From Nitrosopumilus sp. (lineage in GTDB: Archaea > Thermoproteota > Nitrososphaeria > Nitrososphaerales > Nitrosopumilaceae): DNA of 64,000 nt. The stretch spans positions 1,696,001 to 1,760,000 of the forward strand of contig OZ242041.1 of the NCBI GenBank assembly GCA_965205215.1, written 5' to 3'. The position numbers and the translations under genes are program-made. Numbering within the stretch: position 1 is the first letter of the stretch; every line of letters begins with the position of its first letter. A model generated the notes under the pieces. It was not told where the DNA came from, did no database searches, and worked only from the letters and a program-made list of their open reading frames with translations. Positions 28,062 to 37,956 of this stretch are shown here, piece by piece.

Positions 28062-29639
28062 ATGGCGCAGATCGAGGAGTTTGGGATTCGCGCCGCAGGC
28101 ATACACAGGAATCTGGGCGCAAAGGCACTGATGCACCAGACAGTAAAGCGCGGCGAGGGCTCAATATGCTCGACGGGCTCGATTACGGTAAATACTGGAA
28201 GATACACCGGCCGCTCCCCCGACGACAGGTTCATCGTGGACGACGAGACGACGCACGATACGGTGGACTGGGGCAAGATCAACCACGGGTTTTCACCAGA
28301 AAAGTTTGACGCCCTGCTCGACAGGATGAAGGAGCATGCCGGGGGCAAGGAGCTCTTTGTGTTTGACGGGTTTGCCGGGGCCGACCCCAAGCAGCGGCTG
28401 CCCATAAGGGTGATAAACGACCGCGCATGGCAGAGCCTCTTTAGCAGCTGCATGTTCATACGCCCCACCGCCGAGGAGCTAAAGGCGCACCGCCCGGAGC
28501 TTACCGTCTTGTGCACAAACGACTTTGACGCCGTACCCGAGAGGGACGGGACCCGTTCAAACGCGTTCATAATAATAAATCTCTCAAGGAGGATCGTGAT
28601 AATAGGGGGCACCAGATACGCCGGCGAGATAAAAAAGTCGGTCTTTTCTGTAATGAATTACATCCTGCCCGACCGCGGCGTCTTTCCCATGCACTGCTCT
28701 GCAAACATCGGCAAGAAGGACAACGACACGGCCCTCTTCTTCGGACTGTCAGGCACGGGCAAGACGACGCTGTCAGCAGATCCAGACAGGATGCTGATAG
28801 GCGACGACGAGCACGGATGGTCCGACGGCGGCACGTTCAACTTTGAGGGCGGCTGCTATGCAAAGTGCATAAACCTCAGCAGGGAGGCCGAGCCGGAGAT
28901 ATGGGACGCGATACGCCCAGGGGCCGTCCTGGAGAACGTCGCGCTGGGGCCCGGAAACGTTCCCGACTACTCGGACAGCTCGCTGACGGAGAACACAAGG
29001 GCCGCGTACCCGCTTGAGCACATCCCGGGGGCAAGGATACCAAGCGTGGGCGGAAACCCGCGCGTCGTGGTATTCCTGACTGCCGACGCGCTGGGGGTGC
29101 TGCCGCCCGTCTCCAGGCTGACCTCCGACGGGGCGATGTACCACTTCATGTCAGGGTATACAAGCAAGCTTGCAGGCACCGAGCGCGGCATAAAGGAGCC
29201 AAAGTCGGTCTTTTCGGAGTGCTTCGGGGCCCCGTTCATGCCGAGGCCCGCGTCCGTATACGCAAAGATGCTCGGCGAGAAGATTGCAAGGCACAAGTCC
29301 TCGGTGTACCTGATCAATACGGGCTGGTCCGGCGGCCCCTACGGGGTTGGAAAGCGCATAAGCATCGGGTACAGCAGGGCGATGGTGACCGCCGCGCTTA
29401 CGGGCTCGATAAGCGACGCCCCGTACGTGCACAACGATCTGTTCAACCTGGACGTTCCAAGCGCCGTGGACGGCGTGCCGCCGGAGATACTGGATCCGCG
29501 CAACACGTGGGAATGCAAGGACACGTACGATGCCACGGCCAAGAAGCTGGCGCAAATGTTTGTGGACAACTTTGCGAGGTTTACGGGCGTGCCGCCCAAC
29601 ATAATAGCTGCAGGCCCGTCCCCGGACGCGGCCTCATAG
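28062..29639 (+). CDS. pckA: Phosphoenolpyruvate carboxykinase (ATP)
   Basis: TGRSP, YAGEIKKS, MHCSAN, FFGLSGTGKTTLS, LIGDDEHGW, NFEGGCYAK. The start may instead be CTG 28026. Confidence 0.97.
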   Translation: MAQIEEFGIRAAGIHRNLGAKALMHQTVKRGEGSICSTGSITVNTGRYTGRSPDDRFIVDDETTHDTVDWGKINHGFSPEKFDALLDRMKEHAGGKELFVFDGFAGADPKQRLPIRVINDRAWQSLFSSCMFIRPTAEELKAHRPELTVLCTNDFDAVPERDGTRSNAFIIINLSRRIVIIGGTRYAGEIKKSVFSVMNYILPDRGVFPMHCSANIGKKDNDTALFFGLSGTGKTTLSADPDRMLIGDDEHGWSDGGTFNFEGGCYAKCINLSREAEPEIWDAIRPGAVLENVALGPGNVPDYSDSSLTENTRAAYPLEHIPGARIPSVGGNPRVVVFLTADALGVLPPVSRLTSDGAMYHFMSGYTSKLAGTERGIKEPKSVFSECFGAPFMPRPASVYAKMLGEKIARHKSSVYLINTGWSGGPYGVGKRISIGYSRAMVTAALTGSISDAPYVHNDLFNLDVPSAVDGVPPEILDPRNTWECKDTYDATAKKLAQMFVDNFARFTGVPPNIIAAGPSPDAAS

Positions 29640-29642
29640 CAG

Positions 29643-32006
29643 TCACCGATTCTGGCCCCCGCGCGTGCGGAATGCGACGCCCAGCGCGCCTATCACGGCC
29701 ACCACGGCCGCAATTATTGCAATCTGCCGCATAGGCAGGGACTCAGACGGCGAGAACGCGGCGCGTTGCGGCGCGTCACTGCCAGGATGGTCGGGTGCCG
29801 GCGCGCCCGTCTCGTCATGGGGCCCGACGCGTATCATGTCGTACGCGGCGTACGTGCCGTTGCCGGACGTTATCCTTGCGTCTATCCAGTACGTGCCGTT
29901 CTGCAGCACCTCAATCGAGGGGTGTGCTCCATCCGCCGGGGTGGCCGTGACGGAGACGGACTTCTCAGAGACGCTGTCAATTACGTCAATCTTTACAAAC
30001 TCCCAGCCGTCGGGATGAGACACTGCAAGGTCCAGGCGCCCGGCCGCGTTGGCGTCCCGCAGGCCCGAGTACGACACGGTCGTATCAACGGAGCCGCGCG
30101 TGTGGTGCAGCAGGAACGGCACCGCATACTCGGAACCGTTGTACGTGATAACGACGCGTCCCTCGTGCTCTCCGTACGGCCCGTGCCCCAAAGGCGTCGG
30201 CGCGGGGCCGGCGCCATCGACTGTACCGGTGTCATTGTACGTGACCGTCATGCGGGAAAGGACGGAGCCGGCCTCAATCGAGTATGAGAAATCCACAAAA
30301 CTCGGCCCCTCAAACCGGACACCAACCAGTTCGGTCTCAAGAGGAACCCGCTTGATGTCGCTTACGCCGCTTTTGCTGCCGCCATCATTACCATCACCAT
30401 CACCACCACCATATGAGGCTGCGAGCCTTACTGAACGCAGCTCGAGTACCGCCTCAGAGGCACGGTCCTTCTCCGACGTGGCAAGCACAAAGCTCGGCGG
30501 AAGTACCGCAATGTCAGCCCCGTACGCCCTCGTGATGTTGAGCCGCCCGGAGCCGGTCTCGTGTACGGATAGTTCCTGCCCGTACGCGTCCATGACGGGG
30601 TCGGCGGTATTCATTATGATGGACTTTAACTCGTGCCTGTCAAGCCCGGGGTTTCTCTCCAGAAGCAGTGCCGCGGCGCCGCTTGCGTGGGGCGCCGCAT
30701 AGCTGGTTCCGCTCATTATCTCGTACACGGAACCGGCCTGGGTGGTGTTGATGTACGCGCCCGGGGCCACCACGTCAGGCTTGATGAAGAACGGCATGAC
30801 CGGCCCACGCGAGCTGAAGTGCGCCACAAAGTCGGGATTGTGGAACAGGTGGAGTAGCGCGTCTGAGGCGGTGCCGTTGGCCAAGAGCTCCAGAAGCTCG
30901 AGCCCCTCCTCGCGCTCCATGGACACCACGGGGATGCGGGGCTCGTATCCGGGTTCCGCGAACTCGTGGGCGAGCTCGCCCAGGAACATGCCGTCGACGT
31001 TGTTGTATACAATCAGGGCGGCCGCGCCCGCGTCTGCGGCGTGTGACTCTTTGAGTGAAAAATACAGGAGCTCGCCCTCCACGTCGCTTCCGCGCTCGGC
31101 AATCACGATGGCGCCCCTCGCGTCAATGTCCTCAAAGTCAGACTCCTTGGCATATCCGGCAGATACGAGTCCGGCGTCGATCGGCTCGGCGAGTGACTCC
31201 GAGCCGACCATGGGGATTACCGTATACGAGAAGGAGTCTGCAACGTCCAGTGTCGCGACCAGGCTTGAGGTCAGGTTGTTGTATGTTGCCCCCACCGTAA
31301 GGGAGCCGCTGCTGCGCCCCGGGCTCCCAATCGTGGACGTTCCGGGCCCGTCGTTTCCGGCCGCCACCACCACAAGCGCGCCGCGCCCGAGCGCCTCGTT
31401 TATCGCGTCCTCGATCACGCTGTTCTTGGTGCTTACGCCCATGCTGATGTTTATCACGTCGGCGCCGTCCTCGACGGCCCTTGTGACGGCCCTGGCGATG
31501 AGCTCGGAGGAGACGTTACTGCCGTCTTCGGACACCTTGTAGGCAAGTATTCTGGACTCTGGGGCAACTCCCTGGAGGCTGCCGTCGGCCGACGCCACTC
31601 CGGCCACCTGCGTGCCGTGCCCGTCCGTGTCAAGCGGCGCGTTTCCATCGTCCCCCCACAGAAAGTTATAGCCGCCGGCCACCTTGCCGTCCCCCCGCCA
31701 TCCAAGCATGTCCGGATGCTCGTAGTCAACCCCGGTGTCGATTACCGCAATCAGTATGCCCTCGCCGCCTACCCCGTCAAGCCGCGGAACGTCGCCACCC
31801 ACAAACGGCACGCTCCGCTCAAGGTATGTCCGGATTCCGTCATCCCCACCGTGCGTGGAGCCCGACGACGCCAGCACGGCGATGACAAGTGCGGCCGCAA
31901 TCGCGGCGGACGTCGCAACTGCGGCGGCGTATGCAGGGGGGTACGCAGGCCGCTTATCGCCGCGCATCCTGCAGGAATCGCGTCCGGTGCTGCCAGAGGG
32001 CCGCAT
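29643..32006 (-). CDS. Membrane-anchored S8 (subtilisin-like) serine protease with PA domain
   Basis: Catalytic triad VIDTG / HGTQVAG / GTSYAAP, AAGN oxyanion motif, hydrophobic N- and C-terminal helices. Start uncertain (31967 or 32006). Confidence 0.9.
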   Translation of the reverse strand: MRPSGSTGRDSCRMRGDKRPAYPPAYAAAVATSAAIAAALVIAVLASSGSTHGGDDGIRTYLERSVPFVGGDVPRLDGVGGEGILIAVIDTGVDYEHPDMLGWRGDGKVAGGYNFLWGDDGNAPLDTDGHGTQVAGVASADGSLQGVAPESRILAYKVSEDGSNVSSELIARAVTRAVEDGADVINISMGVSTKNSVIEDAINEALGRGALVVVAAGNDGPGTSTIGSPGRSSGSLTVGATYNNLTSSLVATLDVADSFSYTVIPMVGSESLAEPIDAGLVSAGYAKESDFEDIDARGAIVIAERGSDVEGELLYFSLKESHAADAGAAALIVYNNVDGMFLGELAHEFAEPGYEPRIPVVSMEREEGLELLELLANGTASDALLHLFHNPDFVAHFSSRGPVMPFFIKPDVVAPGAYINTTQAGSVYEIMSGTSYAAPHASGAAALLLERNPGLDRHELKSIIMNTADPVMDAYGQELSVHETGSGRLNITRAYGADIAVLPPSFVLATSEKDRASEAVLELRSVRLAASYGGGDGDGNDGGSKSGVSDIKRVPLETELVGVRFEGPSFVDFSYSIEAGSVLSRMTVTYNDTGTVDGAGPAPTPLGHGPYGEHEGRVVITYNGSEYAVPFLLHHTRGSVDTTVSYSGLRDANAAGRLDLAVSHPDGWEFVKIDVIDSVSEKSVSVTATPADGAHPSIEVLQNGTYWIDARITSGNGTYAAYDMIRVGPHDETGAPAPDHPGSDAPQRAAFSPSESLPMRQIAIIAAVVAVIGALGVAFRTRGGQNR

Positions 32007-32121
32007 GACGTGGCCCTCTTGCACGTCAGGTAAAAACGATTGCAGGGCCGCGGCGGCATCGGCGCGCCCGCGCCGCAGCGGGGTGAAAAACCAATAAATT
32101 ACGTCCCAAGGGGGGCCAGTC

Positions 32122-32742
32122 ATGGGAAAATACACACTTCCTGAGATGCCCTACGCGTACGACGCGCTAGAGCCACACATAGACGCAAGGACCATGGAGA
32201 TACACCACACCAAGCATCACCAGGCATATACGGACAAGCTGAACGCGGCCCTCGAGTCGTGTCCGGCCGAGGTCCAAGACAAGGACATACTGGACATACT
32301 GGCAGACATCGGCTCCGTGCCCGAGGACAAGAGGGGCGCAGTCAACTTCAACGGAGGAGGCTACGACAACCACAGGCTCTTTTGGAACAACATGAAGCCC
32401 AACGGGGGCGGGGAGCCCGGCGGTGCCGTGGCAGACGCCATAAGCGACGCCTTTGGAAGCTTTGCCGACTTTAAGGAAAAGTTCAACTCGACTACGGCCG
32501 TAATCCAGGGTAGCGGATGGGGCTGGCTCGTATACAACCCCGAGTCAAAGAAGGTCCAGTACAAGCCCATGCCCAACCAGACAAGTCCCAGAACCGAGGG
32601 GCTCGTACCCCTTTTGGGATGCGATGTCTGGGAGCATGCGTACTATCTCAAGTACCAGAACAAGAGGCCCGACTACATCGCGGCTTGGTGGAACGTGGTC
32701 AACTGGGACGAGGTAAACAAGAGGCTTGCAGACGCTTCCTGA
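32122..32742 (+). CDS. sod: Fe/Mn superoxide dismutase
   Basis: ALEPHID..HHTKHH, GSGWGWL, DVWEHAYY. Confidence 0.97.
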   Translation: MGKYTLPEMPYAYDALEPHIDARTMEIHHTKHHQAYTDKLNAALESCPAEVQDKDILDILADIGSVPEDKRGAVNFNGGGYDNHRLFWNNMKPNGGGEPGGAVADAISDAFGSFADFKEKFNSTTAVIQGSGWGWLVYNPESKKVQYKPMPNQTSPRTEGLVPLLGCDVWEHAYYLKYQNKRPDYIAAWWNVVNWDEVNKRLADAS

Positions 32743-32761
32743 CCTTTTCACGCATTACCCA

Positions 32762-32768
32762 TTTTTTT
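32762..32768 (+). terminator. Oligo-T terminator after sod
   Basis: T7 run about 20 nt after the stop codon, typical of archaeal intrinsic terminators. Confidence 0.4.
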
Positions 32769-32840
32769 AGACTTTGAGCGGGGCCGGGCGGCCGCCGTTT
32801 TCCATCACCGTTTATAACCATCAAGGGGGCATGACGGCAC

Positions 32841-33311
32841 ATGAGCAGCGGCGGCGGCATGACCCCGGAGCAGAGGGCAGAGCAGATGGCCGCGGCAATA
32901 AAGGCAATGGAGGACCAGCTTGAGATGGTGATCCGAAACGAGGAGGCGGCAGTCAGGGCGCGCGCGGCCGCGGCCAGTGCAATAGAGTCAGTCAGGCAGA
33001 TCAAGGAGAACGAGGCCGGCGGGACGCCGGAATCACCGTCCGAGACCCTGCTGGCCATAGGCGGAGGCGTCTTTGTGCAGGCAAAGGTCGCCCCGTCAGA
33101 CAAGATGCTGCTGGAGATCGGCTCGGGGGTCGCAGTCGAGAAGGATCCCAAGCACGTGCTGGACTATCTGGAGAACCGCATAAGGGAGATCGACGTGGCA
33201 ATCAAGAACACGGGCGCCGAGAAGACAAACCTGGCAGAGCACATAGAGCAATACAGGATGCAGCTTAACCAAGTCATACAGTCCGCGTACGGCCAGAGAG
33301 GGCATGTTTGA
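32841..33311 (+). CDS. pfdA: Prefoldin subunit alpha
   Basis: Coiled coils around LLAIGGGVFVQAKV...LLEIGSGVAVEK; upstream of ftsY. Confidence 0.9.
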   Translation: MSSGGGMTPEQRAEQMAAAIKAMEDQLEMVIRNEEAAVRARAAAASAIESVRQIKENEAGGTPESPSETLLAIGGGVFVQAKVAPSDKMLLEIGSGVAVEKDPKHVLDYLENRIREIDVAIKNTGAEKTNLAEHIEQYRMQLNQVIQSAYGQRGHV

Positions 33312-34989
33312 CAAGCTGCGCGGCGCGTTTGCCGGCGTGGCAAAGAGTCTGGGCGAGAGGGAGCTAAAGGAGAAGGACATCGACGACGTGCTGTTCGAGC
33401 TTGAGATGTCGCTCCTAGAGTCCGACGTCGCAAGCGAGGTGATAGACTCGATAAAGGCCGACCTAAAAAAGGATCTCATAGGCGCGAGGGTGGAAAAATC
33501 CAAGATACCAGACGCCATAAAGTCCAGCCTGATCTCAAGCATATCGTCGCTCTTCGACTCGGCGGGCCGCGTCGACCTCTTGGATATGATCAGTAGAAAA
33601 AAGGCGTCCGGCGAGCCATTTCTGATTCTGTTCGTGGGAATCAACGGGACGGGAAAGACCACGACGCTTGCAAAGGTGGCGCACATGCTGCAGCAGTCAA
33701 AATATTCCGTTGTCGTCGCCGCGTCGGACACGTTTCGCGCAGGAGCCATAGAGCAGCTCAAGGAGCATACGAAGCGCCTTAACCTAAAGCTTGTTGCGCA
33801 AAACTACAACTCAGATCCGGCCGCGGTGGCAAGGGACGCCGTCCTGTACGCAAAGGCCCACCGCACGGACTGCGTGCTGATAGACACCGCCGGCAGGATG
33901 CAGACCAGCAAGAACCTGATGGAGCAGATTGCAAAGATTACAAAGGTGGTGAACCCGGACGTAAAGATATTCGTGGGAGACTCGCTGGCCGGAAACGACA
34001 CGGTAAACCAGGCAAGGGAGTTCTACGAGCATACAAGGTTTGACGCGGCCATCCTGACAAAGGCAGACGCCGACGCCAGAGGGGGCGCGGCCCTCTCGAT
34101 TGCAAAGGTCACGTCCACGCCCATACTCTACGTGGGGGTCGGGCAGGAGTACGCCGACCTAAGGCCGTTTGACAAGAGGGCGTTTCTGGAGATGGTTTTC
34201 GGAGAAGACGGCGCGGCCGGCGCCGATATCGAGGCGCCCGCGGCAGGGGTCGCACAGGCAGGCGCGGAGCGGCCAGAGGAGATGAAGGGCGAAGAGATGC
34301 AGGCAGAACCAGACGCCGTGGAGGAGGCCGCCACTGAGGGTGCGGGTGCGGATGCAGCAGGGAGAGCAGAAGAGGCCGACAGTTCAGGACAGGAGGGGTC
34401 GGAGGGCGAGACAGGCGAGCCACAGGAGCCACCGCCTGCAGAGCCTGTACCAGAGATACCGCCACGTGCGCAGAGTCACGAGAGCCCGCCGGAGCGGCCC
34501 AGTGAACCGGAACCGGCTTCGGAACCGGAACTAGACGTCCAGACGACGCCCAAGATCGAAGAATTTGAACCAAAGGATGCAGAAGCGGAGCCTCCGTCGC
34601 CGTCATCGTCGCCGTCGCCGTCATCAGACGATCCGTTCCACGGAATTGCAGATTCCGACATTGCAGAATACTCCGACAGGTTTGACGTCCCACCCCCCGA
34701 GAACGACAAGGAGGCGTACGGACTTGCAGAGAAGATAAGGAGATGGATTGCAGACGGCAGGCCGGACCCCGGCGACGACGATGTATCCGGGGCAGACGAC
34801 GACAGTGAGGAACGGGAGGAAGACAGCCAGGATTACGACGGAGACGACGAGGTGGAGAAGGGCGCCCGGGAAGACCACGACGGAGGCGCAGACCGTAACG
34901 GTAAGAAGGCCGGACAAGAGCCGGAGCAACAAGATAAAAATGACATGCCTAAAAAGAAGCGCAGGTTTGGATTTTTTAGAAAGGGGTGA
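33304..34989 (+). CDS. ftsY: SRP receptor FtsY with ~260-aa acidic C-terminal extension
   Basis: GINGTGKTTT, DTFRAGA, DTAGR, TKADADARGG, GVGQ. Confidence 0.96.
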   Translation: MFDKLRGAFAGVAKSLGERELKEKDIDDVLFELEMSLLESDVASEVIDSIKADLKKDLIGARVEKSKIPDAIKSSLISSISSLFDSAGRVDLLDMISRKKASGEPFLILFVGINGTGKTTTLAKVAHMLQQSKYSVVVAASDTFRAGAIEQLKEHTKRLNLKLVAQNYNSDPAAVARDAVLYAKAHRTDCVLIDTAGRMQTSKNLMEQIAKITKVVNPDVKIFVGDSLAGNDTVNQAREFYEHTRFDAAILTKADADARGGAALSIAKVTSTPILYVGVGQEYADLRPFDKRAFLEMVFGEDGAAGADIEAPAAGVAQAGAERPEEMKGEEMQAEPDAVEEAATEGAGADAAGRAEEADSSGQEGSEGETGEPQEPPPAEPVPEIPPRAQSHESPPERPSEPEPASEPELDVQTTPKIEEFEPKDAEAEPPSPSSSPSPSSDDPFHGIADSDIAEYSDRFDVPPPENDKEAYGLAEKIRRWIADGRPDPGDDDVSGADDDSEEREEDSQDYDGDDEVEKGAREDHDGGADRNGKKAGQEPEQQDKNDMPKKKRRFGFFRKG

Positions 34990-34998
34990 CAGGATTAG

Positions 34999-35913
34999 AT
35001 GAAGCTTGGGACAAGGCATCTGCTTACGTTGTCGGAACTGACTCCAAAGGAGCTTGCAATGTTGCTACGGCGCGCCTCGAGGCTAAAGTCGGATCTCAGA
35101 AACGGCAGACGGCATGAAACGCTCAGGTGCAGGTCGCTTGTCATGGTGTTCCAAAAGCCGTCGACGCGCACACGCGTAAGCTTTGAGATAGGGATGCGCC
35201 AGCTGGGGGGACACGCAGTCAATCTGGCCGCAAGCGAGATGCAGCTGTCACGCGGAGAGACCGTCGAGGATACCGCAAGGACGCTTTCCGGATATGCAGA
35301 CTGCATAATGGCCAGGGTGTACGAGCACGAGACGATCGAGAAACTGGCGGCCCATTCGGACATACCCGTGATAAACGGACTGTCAGACATGTTCCACCCG
35401 TGCCAGATTCTGGCCGACCTCATGACCATAAAGGAGAGGAAGAAAAAGCTTGACGGCCTGAGGATTGCATGGGTAGGCGACGGAAACAATGTGTGCAACT
35501 CCATGATTTACGGGGCTGCACTTGCGGGCGCGTCGGTTGCAGTGGCAACCCCGAAGAGACATGCGCCGGACAAAAGCGTCGTAAGGGAGGCATGCAAAAA
35601 CACGGAGGTGATACAGACCGAGGATCCGAACATTGCAGTAAAGGGCGCGGACGTGGTCATGACAGACACGTTTAGCTCCATACACAACAAAGGCGCAGGA
35701 CGAGCCAAGGCGTTTCTGCCAAGATACCAGGTGAGCCGGAAGCTTATGGGCAAGGCAGATCAAGACGCAATCTTCATGCACTGCCTTCCCGCAAAACGAG
35801 GTCAGGAGGTTACGGCAGACGTGATTGACGGGCCCCAATCGGCAGTATGGGACGAGGCGGAAAACAGGCTTCATGTGCAAAAGGCGCTCCTCGAGGCGCT
35901 GATACGCAAGTGA
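34999..35913 (+). CDS. argF: Ornithine carbamoyltransferase
   Basis: PSTRTR, HPCQILAD, GDGNNV, FMHCLP, EAENR. Confidence 0.92.
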   Translation: MKLGTRHLLTLSELTPKELAMLLRRASRLKSDLRNGRRHETLRCRSLVMVFQKPSTRTRVSFEIGMRQLGGHAVNLAASEMQLSRGETVEDTARTLSGYADCIMARVYEHETIEKLAAHSDIPVINGLSDMFHPCQILADLMTIKERKKKLDGLRIAWVGDGNNVCNSMIYGAALAGASVAVATPKRHAPDKSVVREACKNTEVIQTEDPNIAVKGADVVMTDTFSSIHNKGAGRAKAFLPRYQVSRKLMGKADQDAIFMHCLPAKRGQEVTADVIDGPQSAVWDEAENRLHVQKALLEALIRK

Positions 35914-35950
35914 TCGACGCGTCTGCCGGGATTCTTTTGCGCCTACTGCC

Positions 35951-35979
35951 GGCAACTGTTGGCAACTGTTGGCAACTGT
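35951..35979. repeat. 10-bp tandem repeat x3
   Basis: GGCAACTGTT GGCAACTGTT GGCAACTGT. Confidence 0.9.
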
Positions 35980-36187
35980 CGGAACCCAGTCTTGGCACGC
36001 ATAGCCGGCAGAGCAGGCAAGGCCGCCAGCAGTTAGCGAGAGGGCCTTTTGCCCACGTTGTATCGGGCATCCCCATGCGCCAGCGACGCGATCTGCCTGC
36101 CTTGGCTCTGACGCGTCGGGGGCGGATTTTTGGACAAAGCCGCCGATTCCTTTACGTATATAAGTCCAAATCAAAGGGTTGTCCCTA

Positions 36188-36676
36188 TTGGCATACTCCA
36201 AGATACTGCGCAGGCTGCGCGAGCGAAAGACCAACTACAAGAAGCGGGCCACCATGCTGATCGGCAGGCACAACTTTGTTACGGTAAACATTACAAACGA
36301 GAACACCCAGGTGCAGGTACTGAAACCCGGGATGGCCGGCGACACGGTCATAGCCTCCGCCCACTCTAGGAACCTGCTTAGTCAGGGATGGAAGGGCTCA
36401 AGAAAGAACCTTTCGGCGGCATACCTTACAGGATACACGGCAGGCAAGCGTGCAATCAGAAAGGGGACCGGCACCGCCATACTGTACACCGGGACAAGGC
36501 GATACACCCAGAGAATGGCCGCCGCCCTGAAGGGGGTCATAGATGCGGGTATGGACGTGCCTGCCGACGAGGAGACGTTCCCGCCTGAGGAGAGAATAAA
36601 CGGCGAGCACCTAGCGGTAAAAAACGAGGTCGCCAAGATAAGAACCATTATAGACGACAACGAGGCGGCAGGGTGA
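36188..36676 (+). CDS. rpl18: 50S ribosomal protein L18 (uL18)
   Basis: RRLRERKTNYKKR, AAYLTGY, AALKGVIDAG; TTG start assumed. Confidence 0.95.
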   Translation: MAYSKILRRLRERKTNYKKRATMLIGRHNFVTVNITNENTQVQVLKPGMAGDTVIASAHSRNLLSQGWKGSRKNLSAAYLTGYTAGKRAIRKGTGTAILYTGTRRYTQRMAAALKGVIDAGMDVPADEETFPPEERINGEHLAVKNEVAKIRTIIDDNEAAG

Positions 36677-36677
36677 G

Positions 36678-37373
36678 ATGAGTCAGCAGCAACAGCAACA
36701 GCAGCAATCCAGAGGCCCGCCCCCAAGATACGGCAGGGGTCCCGGAGGCGATCGCCCCAGACGCCCCAGAAGGGAGGCCGAAGAGGAGGTATGGATCCCA
36801 AAGACAGTCCTGGGCAAAAAGGTGGCGTCCGGTGAGATCGCGACGCTCGAGTCCATCATAGAACAGGGACTGCGCATACAGGAGGAGGGAATAGTCAAAA
36901 AACTGCTGCCGGACTTGAAGACAGAGGTGGTGGACGTGGGCATAATACAAAAGATGACATCAAACGGCCAGTCCACCAGATTCAAGGCCATAGTGGCCGC
37001 AGGAAACGAGGACGGATACCTCGGGATTGGGCAGGGCAAGTCAAAGCAGATGAGGATAGCAATAGAAAAGGCCACAAGCCAGGCATACCTCAACATCAAC
37101 CCGATAAAGATGGGGTGCGGCAGCTGGGAGTGCAGGTGCGACCAGAAGCATTCCGTGCCGTTCCGCGTAAAGGGCAAGGGCGGAAGCGTGACAGTGGAGA
37201 TAATTCCGGCTCCCCGTGGGCTCGGGCTCGTGGCAGGCGGCAAGATAAAGCGGCTCTTGGAGCTGGCGGGGTTAAAGGACGCGTGGACCACCGCAAAGGG
37301 CTCCACCCCGACTATGAACTCAACGTCAAAGGCCATACTGGACTGCCTCAGGCAGACGTTCAGCCAGGGTTGA
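36678..37373 (+). CDS. rps5: 30S ribosomal protein S5 with N-terminal polyQ
   Basis: WIPKTVLG, GCGSWECRC, PAPRGLGLVAG. Confidence 0.97.
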   Translation: MSQQQQQQQQSRGPPPRYGRGPGGDRPRRPRREAEEEVWIPKTVLGKKVASGEIATLESIIEQGLRIQEEGIVKKLLPDLKTEVVDVGIIQKMTSNGQSTRFKAIVAAGNEDGYLGIGQGKSKQMRIAIEKATSQAYLNINPIKMGCGSWECRCDQKHSVPFRVKGKGGSVTVEIIPAPRGLGLVAGGKIKRLLELAGLKDAWTTAKGSTPTMNSTSKAILDCLRQTFSQG

Positions 37374-37395
37374 CCAAGAAGGGGGATGACATGCA

Positions 37396-37956
37396 GTGAG
37401 TGAAGGCACGGCGGCGGCAGAAGAACAGGGCGGCGGCAATAATAACGGCAATAACAGGGGCAACAACAGCAGTGGCGGCAACGGCGCGTACCTGGTGGTA
37501 AGGATAAAGGGCCAGGCAGACGTCCCGTACTGGGCCGTGCACACGATGTCCCTCCTAAAGCTAGAGCGCAAATACAGGGCCACCATACTTCCGGCAAAGG
37601 AGAACACGCTTGGCATGCTCAGCAAGATAAAGCACTACGTTGCATGGACCAGGCTCGATGCCGAGCTGGCCCAGGAGATCATAGAGAAGAAGGCAAGAAA
37701 GTCCGGATACCGCAGAGTCACGCAGGAGGACATCAAGGGCCTCGGGTTTGACGACACGAAACAGATGGCCGAGTCCCTCTCAAGCGGCAGTTCCGCGCTC
37801 TCAAAGCTAAAGCCCCTCAAGCCGTGGTTTGCACTGGCGCCCCCCAAACACGGGTTCCGCCGCAGCACCAAGAGGCTGGCGGGCCAAAAGGGGGTGCTTG
37901 GCGGCAACGACGAGCTCGGCGAGATAGTGCGCAGGATGATGGCGGTGGCGGAGTGA
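37396..37956 (+). CDS. rpl30: 50S ribosomal protein L30 (uL30) with Gly/Asn-rich N-terminus
   Basis: YLVVRIKG, GMLSKIKHYVAW, FALAPPKHGF. Confidence 0.94.
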   Translation: MSEGTAAAEEQGGGNNNGNNRGNNSSGGNGAYLVVRIKGQADVPYWAVHTMSLLKLERKYRATILPAKENTLGMLSKIKHYVAWTRLDAELAQEIIEKKARKSGYRRVTQEDIKGLGFDDTKQMAESLSSGSSALSKLKPLKPWFALAPPKHGFRRSTKRLAGQKGVLGGNDELGEIVRRMMAVAE

